64,000 nt of DNA, from NCBI GenBank assembly GCA_045627285.1, contig JAZQNJ010000053.1, positions 39,190-103,189 of the forward strand, in the 5' to 3' direction. Position numbers and translations under genes: made by a program. Below the pieces are notes generated by a model. It had not been told where the DNA came from. It ran no database searches and saw nothing but the letters and a program-made list of their open reading frames with translations. Below, in pieces: positions 9,919 through 18,655 of the stretch; position 1 is the stretch's first letter; every line of letters starts with the position of its first letter. The stretch is from Treponema sp. (GTDB taxonomy: Bacteria; Spirochaetota; Spirochaetia; Treponematales; Treponemataceae).

Positions 9919-11610
9919 TTACATTACAGTAATTCTGTGTTCTGTAGTTGCATATCGTGAATTAAGTTTTCCGTCCATAATACTTGTAATATAGTAAATC
10001 AGGGCCTGGTCTACAGGCATTATGTCATTTGCCAGGAGCTCCCCCTCAAGAAGGGCAGTGTTTCCGTCCCCCCCGTTTTTAATGATGTAGTCAAGGCTGC
10101 CAACTGTATAGAGGCTATTTGGATCAATGGCAGTATATCTTCCGTTTTTGAGAACCTGCACATCTTTTATACGCCTGTATCCCCTGATGTCAGAGAGCAT
10201 ACCTTTTTCATCAACTACGACGGGACTTCTTATTGAGGTGTCGATTGTAAATCTTAATCCCGAAACCTGAAGAAATCCTCCGAACTCGCCGCAGGCTTTT
10301 CCATTTTTGTCTGTTTCGCTCATGGTGTTTTTTGCGGCAAATTCAAGACAGTCAAGAATCTGCTGTCCTGTTACTTTTCTGCTGCAGATTTTGTTTCCAA
10401 AAGGATTAACGGCAATAATTTCTTCATTTGTAACTTCACCTTTAGGAAGGCTTGCCCTTACGCCGCCACCATTGGCCAGACCAATGTCAGCATGGGTAAG
10501 ATATCGGTAGGTATCGGCACAAAGATTTCCGATTCCAGTTTCTCTTGTACGTACAATGCGGATTCCTTTCTCGTTATTAATTGAAAGATTAATGTTTGAT
10601 TCTGCCACTACAATGCCAAGCTGCTTTTTAAGATCCTTCTGAAGTGAATTCATAAGATGCTCAACCTGTTCATCTTTATCATTCCATTCTGTGATTCTTG
10701 AGCTGGAAATAATTCCTTCAGTATTGATGGTCAGCCGGCAGATGCTTTCGAACTCATTTCCTGAACATAAGATTGGAACAGGGGTGCCTTTAAGATTTTT
10801 TACACTTCTGTTTTCATTTCCGCAGTATTCGTGGGAATCAATTACGGCATCAATACCTTTTGTATGGTTAATAAGGGAGTCTGCATTGAAAAGCTTTTCA
10901 ATTTTGTTTGTTTCAGAGATTCCAAGGTGTGTTATGCAGATTACGTAATCGGCACCGTTTTTTCTGGCACTGTCAACAGTGCTTTGAATCTGCCAGAAAA
11001 ACTTTGAACCGGTTTTATTCTGGTAGAAGTCATAAACGTATTTATTATCTTCCATAAAGAATGAGGGAGTTGATGATTTTACGGCAAGAGGAGTTGTTAT
11101 TCCCAGATATGCCACTTTTGTCTTTCCATATTCAACAATGGCATAGGGAATTGTTTCATCAAGAAAATTCTGGTTTGTTCCGGTATATTTTATGTTGGCA
11201 TTAAGGTATTTGTGATTGGCAGCCCTTGTAATTTCTTCAAAGTTTTTCATTCCAAAATCAAATTCGTGATTGCCAATAACAGCAAAGTCGTATCCGGTGG
11301 CATTCATAATCTGAGTCATGGAAATACCTTTTGAAACTGAGCCTATGAGTTCACCCTGTACGCTGTCACCCGCATCAATTAACGTAACATAAGGTGTGTT
11401 CTTTAGAGTCTGCTGTTTTATTGATGCCACCTGAGGGAATCCCAGGGATTTGTTGATTTTGCAGTGAGTATCACCTGTTGCGAGAATTACGATATCCTGG
11501 TCAGGAGTGGTTACAGTTGATTTGCCGCATCCAGAAAAAGTCAGTGAAGCAATTGCAGGTAAAAGTAAAAAAGCTGAAAAGGAAAAATGTTTCAATATTG
11601 TTTTCTCCAT
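9919..11610 (-). CDS. Bifunctional metallophosphatase/5'-nucleotidase lipoprotein
   Basis: Lipobox FSGC; DTH, DAGD, GNHEFDFG, THLG; C-terminal domain NGGGVRA, PFGN, FLQVSG. Confidence 0.9.
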   Translation of the reverse strand: MEKTILKHFSFSAFLLLPAIASLTFSGCGKSTVTTPDQDIVILATGDTHCKINKSLGFPQVASIKQQTLKNTPYVTLIDAGDSVQGELIGSVSKGISMTQIMNATGYDFAVIGNHEFDFGMKNFEEITRAANHKYLNANIKYTGTNQNFLDETIPYAIVEYGKTKVAYLGITTPLAVKSSTPSFFMEDNKYVYDFYQNKTGSKFFWQIQSTVDSARKNGADYVICITHLGISETNKIEKLFNADSLINHTKGIDAVIDSHEYCGNENRSVKNLKGTPVPILCSGNEFESICRLTINTEGIISSSRITEWNDKDEQVEHLMNSLQKDLKKQLGIVVAESNINLSINNEKGIRIVRTRETGIGNLCADTYRYLTHADIGLANGGGVRASLPKGEVTNEEIIAVNPFGNKICSRKVTGQQILDCLEFAAKNTMSETDKNGKACGEFGGFLQVSGLRFTIDTSIRSPVVVDEKGMLSDIRGYRRIKDVQVLKNGRYTAIDPNSLYTVGSLDYIIKNGGDGNTALLEGELLANDIMPVDQALIYYITSIMDGKLNSRYATTEHRITVM

Positions 11611-11676
11611 ATACTACATTTCAGAATAACACGAAACAACAGAAAAACAGGGGTAAAATGGTGTTATAATGTTGCT

Positions 11677-12291
11677 ATGAGAAGAAAAAAACATCCGGCA
11701 GAACCCTTGTATTTTCTTATGAACAAGAGTGCCGGAACAGTCTGTTCTACAGTCAGCGACAGAAGGCATACAGTTTATGAAGTTTTTACACCGGAGCAGC
11801 TTGTTTCCTCCGAGGGAGCAAAACTTCATACAGTGGGGCGGCTTGATGCAGATACAACAGGCCTTCTTCTGTTTACAAATGACGGAAAGCTTTCAAATTA
11901 TCTTACACGGCCCGAAAGCAGAATCAAAAAAACTTATATTGCAAAACTAAAAACTCCTGTGAGCAGCCGCCTTCAGAAGGAATACATAACAAAAGCCCTG
12001 AACGGCCTGGAACTTCCTGCAGAAAATAAAGCTCCGGTTCAGTACAGTGACAGTGCCAGACTGGAATTCCTAGATATTGATGAAAATGGAACTTCCTGCC
12101 GTTGTAAAGTAATTCTTACGGAAGGTAAATTTCATGAAGTAAAAAGACTGTTCAGGGCCCTGAAAAACGAAGTTACGGAATTAAAAAGAATCGGGATGGC
12201 AGGGCTTGTACTAGATGAAACCCTTAAAGAAGGGAATGTAAGAAGTCTGACCTTAGAGGAGCTGTCAGTTTTAACAGAGGGACTTACTTAA
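11677..12291 (+). CDS. RsuA-family pseudouridine synthase, lacking the S4 domain
   Basis: NKSAG, GRLDADTTGLLLFTNDG, EGKFHEVKR; ATG at 11677 lies 6 nt after TATAAT. Confidence 0.88.
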   Translation: MRRKKHPAEPLYFLMNKSAGTVCSTVSDRRHTVYEVFTPEQLVSSEGAKLHTVGRLDADTTGLLLFTNDGKLSNYLTRPESRIKKTYIAKLKTPVSSRLQKEYITKALNGLELPAENKAPVQYSDSARLEFLDIDENGTSCRCKVILTEGKFHEVKRLFRALKNEVTELKRIGMAGLVLDETLKEGNVRSLTLEELSVLTEGLT

Positions 12292-13243
12292 TACCACAGA
12301 CATTCCGCTTCATGCCGTTAAGATCTTCTTCAATGCGGATGGAATGAAATCCTGCTTCCTTAAAAAACAATGCGGTTTCCTCCGCGTTGTATTCACCTGT
12401 TTCCATAAAAAGCTCACCGCCTGGTGCCAGATGTTCGTAACACTGAGGAACAAGTCTTCTGATTAATGCAAGACCGTCATCTGTTCCTGCATAATCTCCT
12501 TCATCACTTACATCTCCGTCCAGAGCAAGAATTGGTTCTGAGCGTCCGTCCTTAAGTAAATCAAGAGAAACTGAATGAGGAACGTAAGGCGGGTTTGTTA
12601 CGATTATGTCAAACTTCCATGGAACGTTGTCAAAAAGATTTGTCTGTACGAAGCGGACATGGTGCAAAAGTTCACCTTCCAGAAGGGCAGAGGCATTTTT
12701 TTCGGTTATGGCCAGTGCTTTTGTGCTTATGTCGGCGAATGTTACTTTTGGAAGATCCCATTCATCAATACCGTCATTGTCAAAAAGGGAGCGGAGAATG
12801 CTTAATCCAACACATCCTGATCCACTGCACATGTCACAGACCGCAGGAATTTTTGAGTAGCCACCTCCGGCAAGGGAAGCTGCTGCGTAACGGAGCCCCA
12901 GTGAAGAAAGAGCCTGTTCCACAAGAATTTCAGTGTCCGGCTTTGGAATTAAAACATCAGGGGTAACAGTAAAGTCGTAGCCGTAAAACTCTTTGTGCCC
13001 TGTAATGTATGCAACAGGAAGTCCTGAACATCGTTGTGCCATGGCGTCACTAAAAGCTTTTTCTTCTTCAGCCGAAAGTTCATGTTCTCTGTGAACCATA
13101 ATCCAGGTGCGGTTCCGTTTAAGAATGTGTTCAAGAATAATGTCTGCATCCAGTTCCGGTGTCTCTGTAAGCTTTTTACCTGCTGGATTTACAGCCGCTT
13201 TAAGGGTTTGAACAGCCTGGGTTCGGGTCTGAAAGAGAGTCAT
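12284..13243 (-). CDS. prmC: Release factor glutamine methyltransferase
   Basis: GLPVAYITG, VLIPKPDTE, DMCSGSG and NPPY motifs; downstream of prfA. Confidence 0.93.
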   Translation of the reverse strand: MTLFQTRTQAVQTLKAAVNPAGKKLTETPELDADIILEHILKRNRTWIMVHREHELSAEEEKAFSDAMAQRCSGLPVAYITGHKEFYGYDFTVTPDVLIPKPDTEILVEQALSSLGLRYAAASLAGGGYSKIPAVCDMCSGSGCVGLSILRSLFDNDGIDEWDLPKVTFADISTKALAITEKNASALLEGELLHHVRFVQTNLFDNVPWKFDIIVTNPPYVPHSVSLDLLKDGRSEPILALDGDVSDEGDYAGTDDGLALIRRLVPQCYEHLAPGGELFMETGEYNAEETALFFKEAGFHSIRIEEDLNGMKRNVCGIK

Positions 13244-13283
13244 TTTTCCTCCGGTTACAACAGACAGATTCTAATACATTTAC

Positions 13284-13320
13284 AAAAAAAAATCCCTTCC
13301 GGCACTTTAACCGAAAGGGA
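13284..13320 (-). terminator. Probable intrinsic terminator between prfA and prmC
   Basis: tcccttccgg / ccgaaaggga stem followed on the minus strand by a T9 run. Confidence 0.6.
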
Positions 13321-13345
13321 CTGTATTCAGAAAATAAGCGTAAAA

Positions 13346-14422
13346 TTAGCTCTCCAGTTCTTTAAATTCTTCTTCTTTAACGTAAACGTTAAGGGCATCA
13401 AGCATATCGTCCATGTTACCCATCATAAATCCAGGAAGGTTATGAACACTCATGTTAATGCGGTGGTCAGTTACGCGGTCCTGAGGATAGTTGTATGTAC
13501 GGATTTTTTCCGAGCGGTCACCGTTACCAACCATCTTTTTGCGGGCACTAGAACGTTCAGCATCAAGCTTGCTCTGTTCATAGTCAAAAAGGCGGGCACG
13601 AAGAACTTCCCATGCCTTTTCCTTGTTTTTAATCTGAGATTTCTGGTCCTGCTGAATAACAACAATACCAGTCGGAATGTGTGTAAGACGAACGGCAGAG
13701 TCAGTTGTGTTTACACACTGTCCGCCAGGACCACCGGCACGCATTACGTCAACGCGAACATCGCCAGGATTGATTTTAATATCAGCTTCTTCAGCTTCAG
13801 GAAGAACGGCTACAGTGATTGTAGAAGTCTGGAGACGTCCCTGAGCTTCAGTCTGAGGAACACGCTGTACACGGTGTACGCCAGATTCGTAGCGGAGAGT
13901 ACCGTAAACGAATTTTCCAGAAATCTGAGTAACGATTTTGTTAAATCCGCCAACTTCAGTTTCCTGGGCTTCAACGTTTTCATATTTCCAGCCTTTGCGG
14001 TCAGCAAGGTGGCAGTACATTTCCCATACATCACGAACAAACAGAGAAGCTTCGTCACCACCGGCAGCAGAACGAATTTCAAGAATAATGTTCTTTTCAT
14101 CAAGGGGATCAGGCGGAATAAGCTTAAGCTTAAGCTCGTCTTCAAGCTGAGGAACTTTTTCTTCCAGTTCCTTAAGCTCTTCGCGGGCCATTTCCTTCAT
14201 GTCAGGGTCATCTTCAGCAGTAATCATTACTTTTGCATCTTCAATTCCCTGAAGAGTTTTTTTGTATTCGTGACCAGTTTCAAGAACGCTTGTCAAAAAG
14301 CCGTGTTCACGCATAACGTCTTTGTATTTTTTCTGATCTTTAACCAGGTCAGGATCCTGAACCATTTCGTTAACTTCTACAAAGCGTTTGTCCAATTCAT
14401 CGATTTTTTTAAGAAAGTCCAT
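13346..14422 (-). CDS. prfA: Peptide chain release factor 1
   Basis: GGQ motif, PQT (PxT) RF1 motif, IRTYNYPQDRVTDHR. Start MDFLKK at 14422; the ORF-track extension to 14554 is translation of repeat copy B. Confidence 0.96.
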   Translation of the reverse strand: MDFLKKIDELDKRFVEVNEMVQDPDLVKDQKKYKDVMREHGFLTSVLETGHEYKKTLQGIEDAKVMITAEDDPDMKEMAREELKELEEKVPQLEDELKLKLIPPDPLDEKNIILEIRSAAGGDEASLFVRDVWEMYCHLADRKGWKYENVEAQETEVGGFNKIVTQISGKFVYGTLRYESGVHRVQRVPQTEAQGRLQTSTITVAVLPEAEEADIKINPGDVRVDVMRAGGPGGQCVNTTDSAVRLTHIPTGIVVIQQDQKSQIKNKEKAWEVLRARLFDYEQSKLDAERSSARKKMVGNGDRSEKIRTYNYPQDRVTDHRINMSVHNLPGFMMGNMDDMLDALNVYVKEEEFKELES

Positions 14423-14443
14423 TTTTTTATAATACAGAAAATA

Positions 14444-14570
14444 AGCCCTTGTTTCAACGGAGCTGCCATATCTGCTTCGGAACCGTCCTTCCGCCACTCG
14501 GTAACCCTCGGCCTCCTCAGTCGCTGCGCTCCCTGCGGTGGCTGGCTCCGCCATGGCTCCAGCACGGGCT
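14444..14570 (-). repeat. Structured GC-rich dispersed element, copy B
   Basis: Terminal agccc/gggct. Minus strand gtgctgga-GCCA-tggcGGAgcca...ccGCAgg..gcGCAgc...TGGC-ggaaggac; shares gtgctggagc and gcggaaggac exactly with copy A. Confidence 0.75.
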
Positions 14571-14573
14571 AAA

Positions 14574-15824
14574 TTATGATTTTAAAAGTTTAAGAAGAGT
14601 CTGCTCAGTTTTAAGGGCCTTTAAGATTTCAGGCTCGGTAACAGTTTCATTTCCGCTGCCTGTTTTTACAGCACGGATCATAAGGTTTTTAGGAGTTCCT
14701 TCGTCATCAATAAACTCCAGCATCTGAACTTTATACCCCTTCTGTTCAAGAAGTTCACCACGGACAGCATCTGTTACTAGGGTAGAAAATCTTTCTTTTA
14801 TAAGACCATATTTTAGAAGACTTTCCAAAGTTTCATTTTCGCAGGTCTTTTTAAGCTGAAGGTTTATTTCGTGCTGGCAGCATGGTACAGAAAGAATTGC
14901 TTTTGCTCCATGTTTAACGGCATAATCCAGGGCATAGTCAGTGGCAGTGTCACAGGCGTGGAGGGTAATGATTATATCCGGATTTTTGTCTTCACCAAAC
15001 TCCGCAATATTACCCACAGCAAAACTCAGATTTTTAAGTCCCAGTTCACCGGCCATGCGGTTGCAGTATTCGATTACATCTTTCTTTAAGTCCAGCCCAA
15101 ACACCTGACAGTCAATTCTCTTTATTTCAGAAAGAAAGTACTGAACAGCAAATGTCAGATAGCTTTTTCCGGAACCAAAATCCACCACGCTTACAGGAGA
15201 ATTTCCCCGTCCGGCCATAACCTCAGGCAGAATGTCATCAAGAGTTTCCAGAAACCTGTTTATCTGCCGGAACTTGTGGTATTTTGAAGCAATAACTTTT
15301 CCGCTGTCGGTCATAATCCCAAGGCGTACCAGAAATGGCACAGGAATTCCTTCCTTCAGAACATAATTTTTCTTTTTGTTTACTGCAGCCCCCGTAAGCA
15401 GATTTTTAACTGGAGAGTAAGGTCTCCCTTCGCTTCGCTCCGGGCCGGGCTGTACAGAGTTCCGGCTTTGGCCTCCATTGCCTGCGGCAACGCCTTCCGG
15501 CGCTCTTCCGATCCCTGACCCAGGGATTTTTTTTGACAGACGGGTGATTTCTCCTTTTTTATTGGCAAGAATTGTAACCTCTTCGGTTTCTGTCCGCTGA
15601 ATGCAGTTTTTAAAAGTCTTTCCGCCGTGAAGTTCAATAAACTTCAAAGTTTCTTCCAGAGAAAATTTTTTGTGGAACACCTGCTTTTCAGTATACAGCT
15701 CAGTAAAATATTCGGTTTTTTCAGAGGAAGAGACTGACAGCCTGATTTTCACTCTCTTATATGGTAAGCCCAGAACGGATTCAATGTTTTTTACAGGTTT
15801 TGAAAAAGTTGCAGAAAGAATCAT
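14574..15824 (-). CDS. Class I SAM-dependent methyltransferase carrying an in-frame repeat insertion
   Basis: KFRQINRFLE, VDFGSGKSYLTF, LHACDTATD, VPCCQ, TPKN motifs. Confidence 0.85.
   Translation of the reverse strand: MILSATFSKPVKNIESVLGLPYKRVKIRLSVSSSEKTEYFTELYTEKQVFHKKFSLEETLKFIELHGGKTFKNCIQRTETEEVTILANKKGEITRLSKKIPGSGIGRAPEGVAAGNGGQSRNSVQPGPERSEGRPYSPVKNLLTGAAVNKKKNYVLKEGIPVPFLVRLGIMTDSGKVIASKYHKFRQINRFLETLDDILPEVMAGRGNSPVSVVDFGSGKSYLTFAVQYFLSEIKRIDCQVFGLDLKKDVIEYCNRMAGELGLKNLSFAVGNIAEFGEDKNPDIIITLHACDTATDYALDYAVKHGAKAILSVPCCQHEINLQLKKTCENETLESLLKYGLIKERFSTLVTDAVRGELLEQKGYKVQMLEFIDDEGTPKNLMIRAVKTGSGNETVTEPEILKALKTEQTLLKLLKS
15421..15520 (-). repeat. Structured GC-rich dispersed element, copy C, inside the methyltransferase CDS
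   Basis: Minus strand: gggatcgga-AGAG-cgccGGAAggcg-ttgccGCAggcaa-tgga-ggcCAAAgcc-ggaa-CTCT-gtacagcccggc; terminal ggtc/gacc. Confidence 0.85.
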
Positions 15825-15887
15825 GGTTTTATTTTAGACCAAAGTAAAATAAAAACTCAATGCAGAATCCGTGTCAGAATATTTCAG

Positions 15888-15915
15888 TTTGTGAAACATT
15901 AAAATGTTTCACAAA
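15888..15915. promoter_or_regulatory. Perfect 13-bp inverted repeat upstream of parA, built from parS half-sites
   Basis: tttgtgaaacatt-aa-aatgtttcacaaa. Confidence 0.55.
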
Positions 15916-15957
15916 AAATACTATATTTTTGAATTCGTTTTCCGATATACTATATAT

Positions 15958-16713
15958 ATGGGAAAAATAATTGTTTTTGTTAATCAAAAGGGTGGTGTTG
16001 GCAAAACAACTTCCGCTATCAATATTGGGGCATACATTGCTAAAGCTGGTAAAAAGGTTCTTCTTGTAGATTTTGACTCTCAGGGGAACATGTCCAGCGG
16101 TGTAGGTGTTTCAAAAGACAAGCCTACAGTTTATGAACTTCTCGCAGGTCAGTGTTCTCCGGAAGAAGCTGTAAAACATACTCCTGTAGAAAATCTTGAT
16201 GCAATCAGTGCCTCTCTTGACCTTTCAGGTGCAGCAATTGAGCTTGTAGATCAGGAAAACCGCGAGTACTTCCTTAAAAACGCACTGGAGCCATACAGAA
16301 ACCAGTATGACTATATTCTTATTGACTGTCCTCCTTCACTGGGAATCCTTACCCTTAACGGTCTTGCAGCCGCAGATTCAGTAATGGTTCCAATGCAGTG
16401 TGAGTATTTTGCTCTTGAAGGTATTTCCCTGTTGCTTCAGTCAGTACAGAAAGTTCAGAAATCAATTAATCCAAAGCTTGTAATCGGGGGAATTTTCTTC
16501 ACTATGTATGACAGCCGTACACGCCTTGCACAGGACGTTGTACGCCAGGTACAGGCTTATTTTAAAGATGTTGTATTTAACACAATCATTCCGCGGAACG
16601 TCCGCCTTTCAGAAGCTCCTTCTCACGGTGAACCAATCTGTCTTTATGATCCGGAATGTGTTGGTGCAAAGAGCTATCAGAAACTTGCTGATGAGGTAAT
16701 CCGTCGTGGCTAA
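15958..16713 (+). CDS. parA: ParA/Soj chromosome partitioning ATPase
   Basis: NQKGGVGKTT deviant Walker A, DCPPSLG, IPRNVRLSEAPSHG; start MGKII at 15958. Confidence 0.96.
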   Translation: MGKIIVFVNQKGGVGKTTSAINIGAYIAKAGKKVLLVDFDSQGNMSSGVGVSKDKPTVYELLAGQCSPEEAVKHTPVENLDAISASLDLSGAAIELVDQENREYFLKNALEPYRNQYDYILIDCPPSLGILTLNGLAAADSVMVPMQCEYFALEGISLLLQSVQKVQKSINPKLVIGGIFFTMYDSRTRLAQDVVRQVQAYFKDVVFNTIIPRNVRLSEAPSHGEPICLYDPECVGAKSYQKLADEVIRRG

Positions 16714-17668
16714 GAAATTTGGACTTGGTGCAGGCCTTGATGCCCTTATGGGTGGTTCTGCAAAAACAGAAGTAAAACCTGTTGAACCTGCAGCTGCTGC
16801 AGATGAAAAAAAAGAAACAACATTTAAGGCTGTAAAAACTGTTGCTGGGCTTCCTGCCGGAATCGAACAGGACGAAAACGGCCGTCTATGGGTTGATCCA
16901 GAGCTCTTAAAGCCAAACCCTCATCAGCCTCGCGAAGAGTTTGACGAAGAAAAACTCAAGGAACTGTCAGATTCCATCAAAGAAAACGGCGTAATTCAGC
17001 CGATTACAATTGAAGATGCAAAAGATGGCACTTTCTATATTATTGCCGGAGAACGCCGTACAAGAGCTTCAAAAATGGCAGGCCTTAAAAAGGTTCCTGT
17101 TCAGCTTTCAGCCTACAGCGAACAGAAAAAGCTGGAAGTTGCATTGATTGAAAACATTCAGCGTGCAGATTTAAATCCTGTAGAAGAAGCCAAGGCTTAC
17201 TATAAGCTTATGGAACTTGGCGGGCTTAAACAGGAAGAAGTTGCACAGAAAGTCGGCAAAAACCGTGCAACAGTTGCAAATGCAATCCGCCTTTTAAAGC
17301 TTCCAGAAGATATTCAGAATGCCCTTGTTTCAGGCCAGATTACAGCAGGTCATGCCAGAGCACTGCTTATGGTAAAAGACAAAATGAACATGCAGATTCT
17401 GTTCGGCAAAATCGTAGGACAGGGACTTTCAGTTCATCAGGCAGAAGTTATGGCTGGCGAAATAAACAATCCTCAGCCAAAGGAACCTAAGAACGGAGGT
17501 TCAAAAGGTCCTGCCCGAGACCCGGATCTTATTGATGTAGAAACACAGCTTATAGAAAAGCTCGGAACAAAAGTACAGATTAAGGGCAGCTACGAAAAAG
17601 GCAGCATCGAGATCAGCTACTATAACAAAGCAGATTTCGACAGACTTTTCGAACTGATTAGTAAGTAA
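16706..17668 (+). CDS. parB: ParB/Spo0J partition protein
   Basis: N-terminal GLGAGLDAL, PNPHQPR, AGERRTRA, ENIQRADL, HTH; overlaps the parA stop. Confidence 0.96.
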   Translation: MAKKFGLGAGLDALMGGSAKTEVKPVEPAAAADEKKETTFKAVKTVAGLPAGIEQDENGRLWVDPELLKPNPHQPREEFDEEKLKELSDSIKENGVIQPITIEDAKDGTFYIIAGERRTRASKMAGLKKVPVQLSAYSEQKKLEVALIENIQRADLNPVEEAKAYYKLMELGGLKQEEVAQKVGKNRATVANAIRLLKLPEDIQNALVSGQITAGHARALLMVKDKMNMQILFGKIVGQGLSVHQAEVMAGEINNPQPKEPKNGGSKGPARDPDLIDVETQLIEKLGTKVQIKGSYEKGSIEISYYNKADFDRLFELISK

Positions 17669-17686
17669 GAATTAGTAATTAATAAT

Positions 17687-17729
17687 AAAAAAAACACGAG
17701 TCGATGGTAAACCGGACTCGTGTTTTTTT
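17687..17729. terminator. Bidirectional intrinsic terminator between parB and cobB
   Basis: A-run, cacgagtc...gactcgtg, T-run. Confidence 0.8.
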
Positions 17730-18462
17730 ATCTCACCACAATCTTCTCAAACACGCTGCCCAGGCCCTGGTGCAAAACAAGACTGCACATTGAGTCAGCC
17801 TGGGTTTCGCTTTTATTAATCATAACAATATTGTTTCCACGGAAGTATCGAATAAAACCCGCAGCCGGATAAACTACAAGACTGGTCCCACCAATAATCA
17901 GCAGGTCTGCTTCAGAAATTGCCTTTATTGCACCTGTTACCACATCATCGTCCAGGCCTTCTTCATAAAGAACTACATCAGGCTTAACAAGTCCTCCACA
18001 GCTGCAGCGTGGCAGCGAGTCCGGAGCCCCTGCACTTTCAGAAATAAAAGTATCATCGTAAAAATTACCGCATTCCATGCAGAAGTTACGGAGTGTTGAA
18101 CCGTGAAGCTCATACACTTTTTTGCTTCCAGCTTTCTGATGCAGGCCGTCAATGTTCTGTGTAACTACGGCACTGAGTTTTCCTGCTGCTTCCAGTTCTG
18201 CCAGTTTTTTGTGAGTGATGTTTGGTTCAACGCCTTTAATAATAAGCTTTTCCCTATAAAATCTGTAAAATTCTTTTGGATTCCTGTCAAAGAAGCTGCG
18301 GCTGATGATAGTTTCCGGCGGATATTTCCACTGCTGCTGGTATAAGCCGTCCTGGCTCCTGAAGTCCGGAATGCCTGATTCTGTGCTTACTCCAGCACCT
18401 CCAAAAAATACAATTTTCTTAGATTCATCTATTAATGCCTGTAGCTTTTGCAGAGATTCCAT
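17728..18462 (-). CDS. cobB: Sir2-family NAD-dependent deacylase
   Basis: GAGVSTESGIPDFR, TQNIDGLH, HGS, CxxC...CxC, GTSLVVYPAA. Confidence 0.92.
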   Translation of the reverse strand: MESLQKLQALIDESKKIVFFGGAGVSTESGIPDFRSQDGLYQQQWKYPPETIISRSFFDRNPKEFYRFYREKLIIKGVEPNITHKKLAELEAAGKLSAVVTQNIDGLHQKAGSKKVYELHGSTLRNFCMECGNFYDDTFISESAGAPDSLPRCSCGGLVKPDVVLYEEGLDDDVVTGAIKAISEADLLIIGGTSLVVYPAAGFIRYFRGNNIVMINKSETQADSMCSLVLHQGLGSVFEKIVVR

Positions 18463-18593
18463 AATTCATAATCCTCTTTATTCAGTATATCACCATATTT
18501 AAGGAATATAAAAAAACAGAATCGGAAAGATTTGTATATGGATTTTTGGAATTTCTGCCGATAAATTCAAGTGGAGTACTATTTTCAGTTTGT

Positions 18594-18623
18594 TTGACAG
18601 TGTTAAATAAATTGTTATAAGAT
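18594..18623 (+). promoter_or_regulatory. Putative sigma70 promoter of the Ig/barrel gene
   Basis: TTGACA (18594-99) followed by TATAAG at 16 nt or TAAGAT at 18 nt. Confidence 0.45.
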
Positions 18624-18655
18624 AAAAAATCCAGAAAATTGAAAAGAGGAAAAAA

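Noticed and set aside
14423-14554. N-terminal extension of RF1 in the ORF track
   Set aside because: It is the translation of repeat copy B. RF1 homology and a -10 box point to the ATG at 14422.
13034-14572. 512-aa plus-strand ORF
   Set aside because: Antisense shadow of prfA and prmC; no motifs and atypical composition.
15825-15957. oriC near parAB and mnmE
   Set aside because: No dnaA or dnaN, and no clustered TTATCCACA boxes noticed in the intergenic regions.
17728-18462. Sir2 as an anti-phage effector
   Set aside because: Stand-alone zinc-binding CobB-type deacylase with no defence partner genes.
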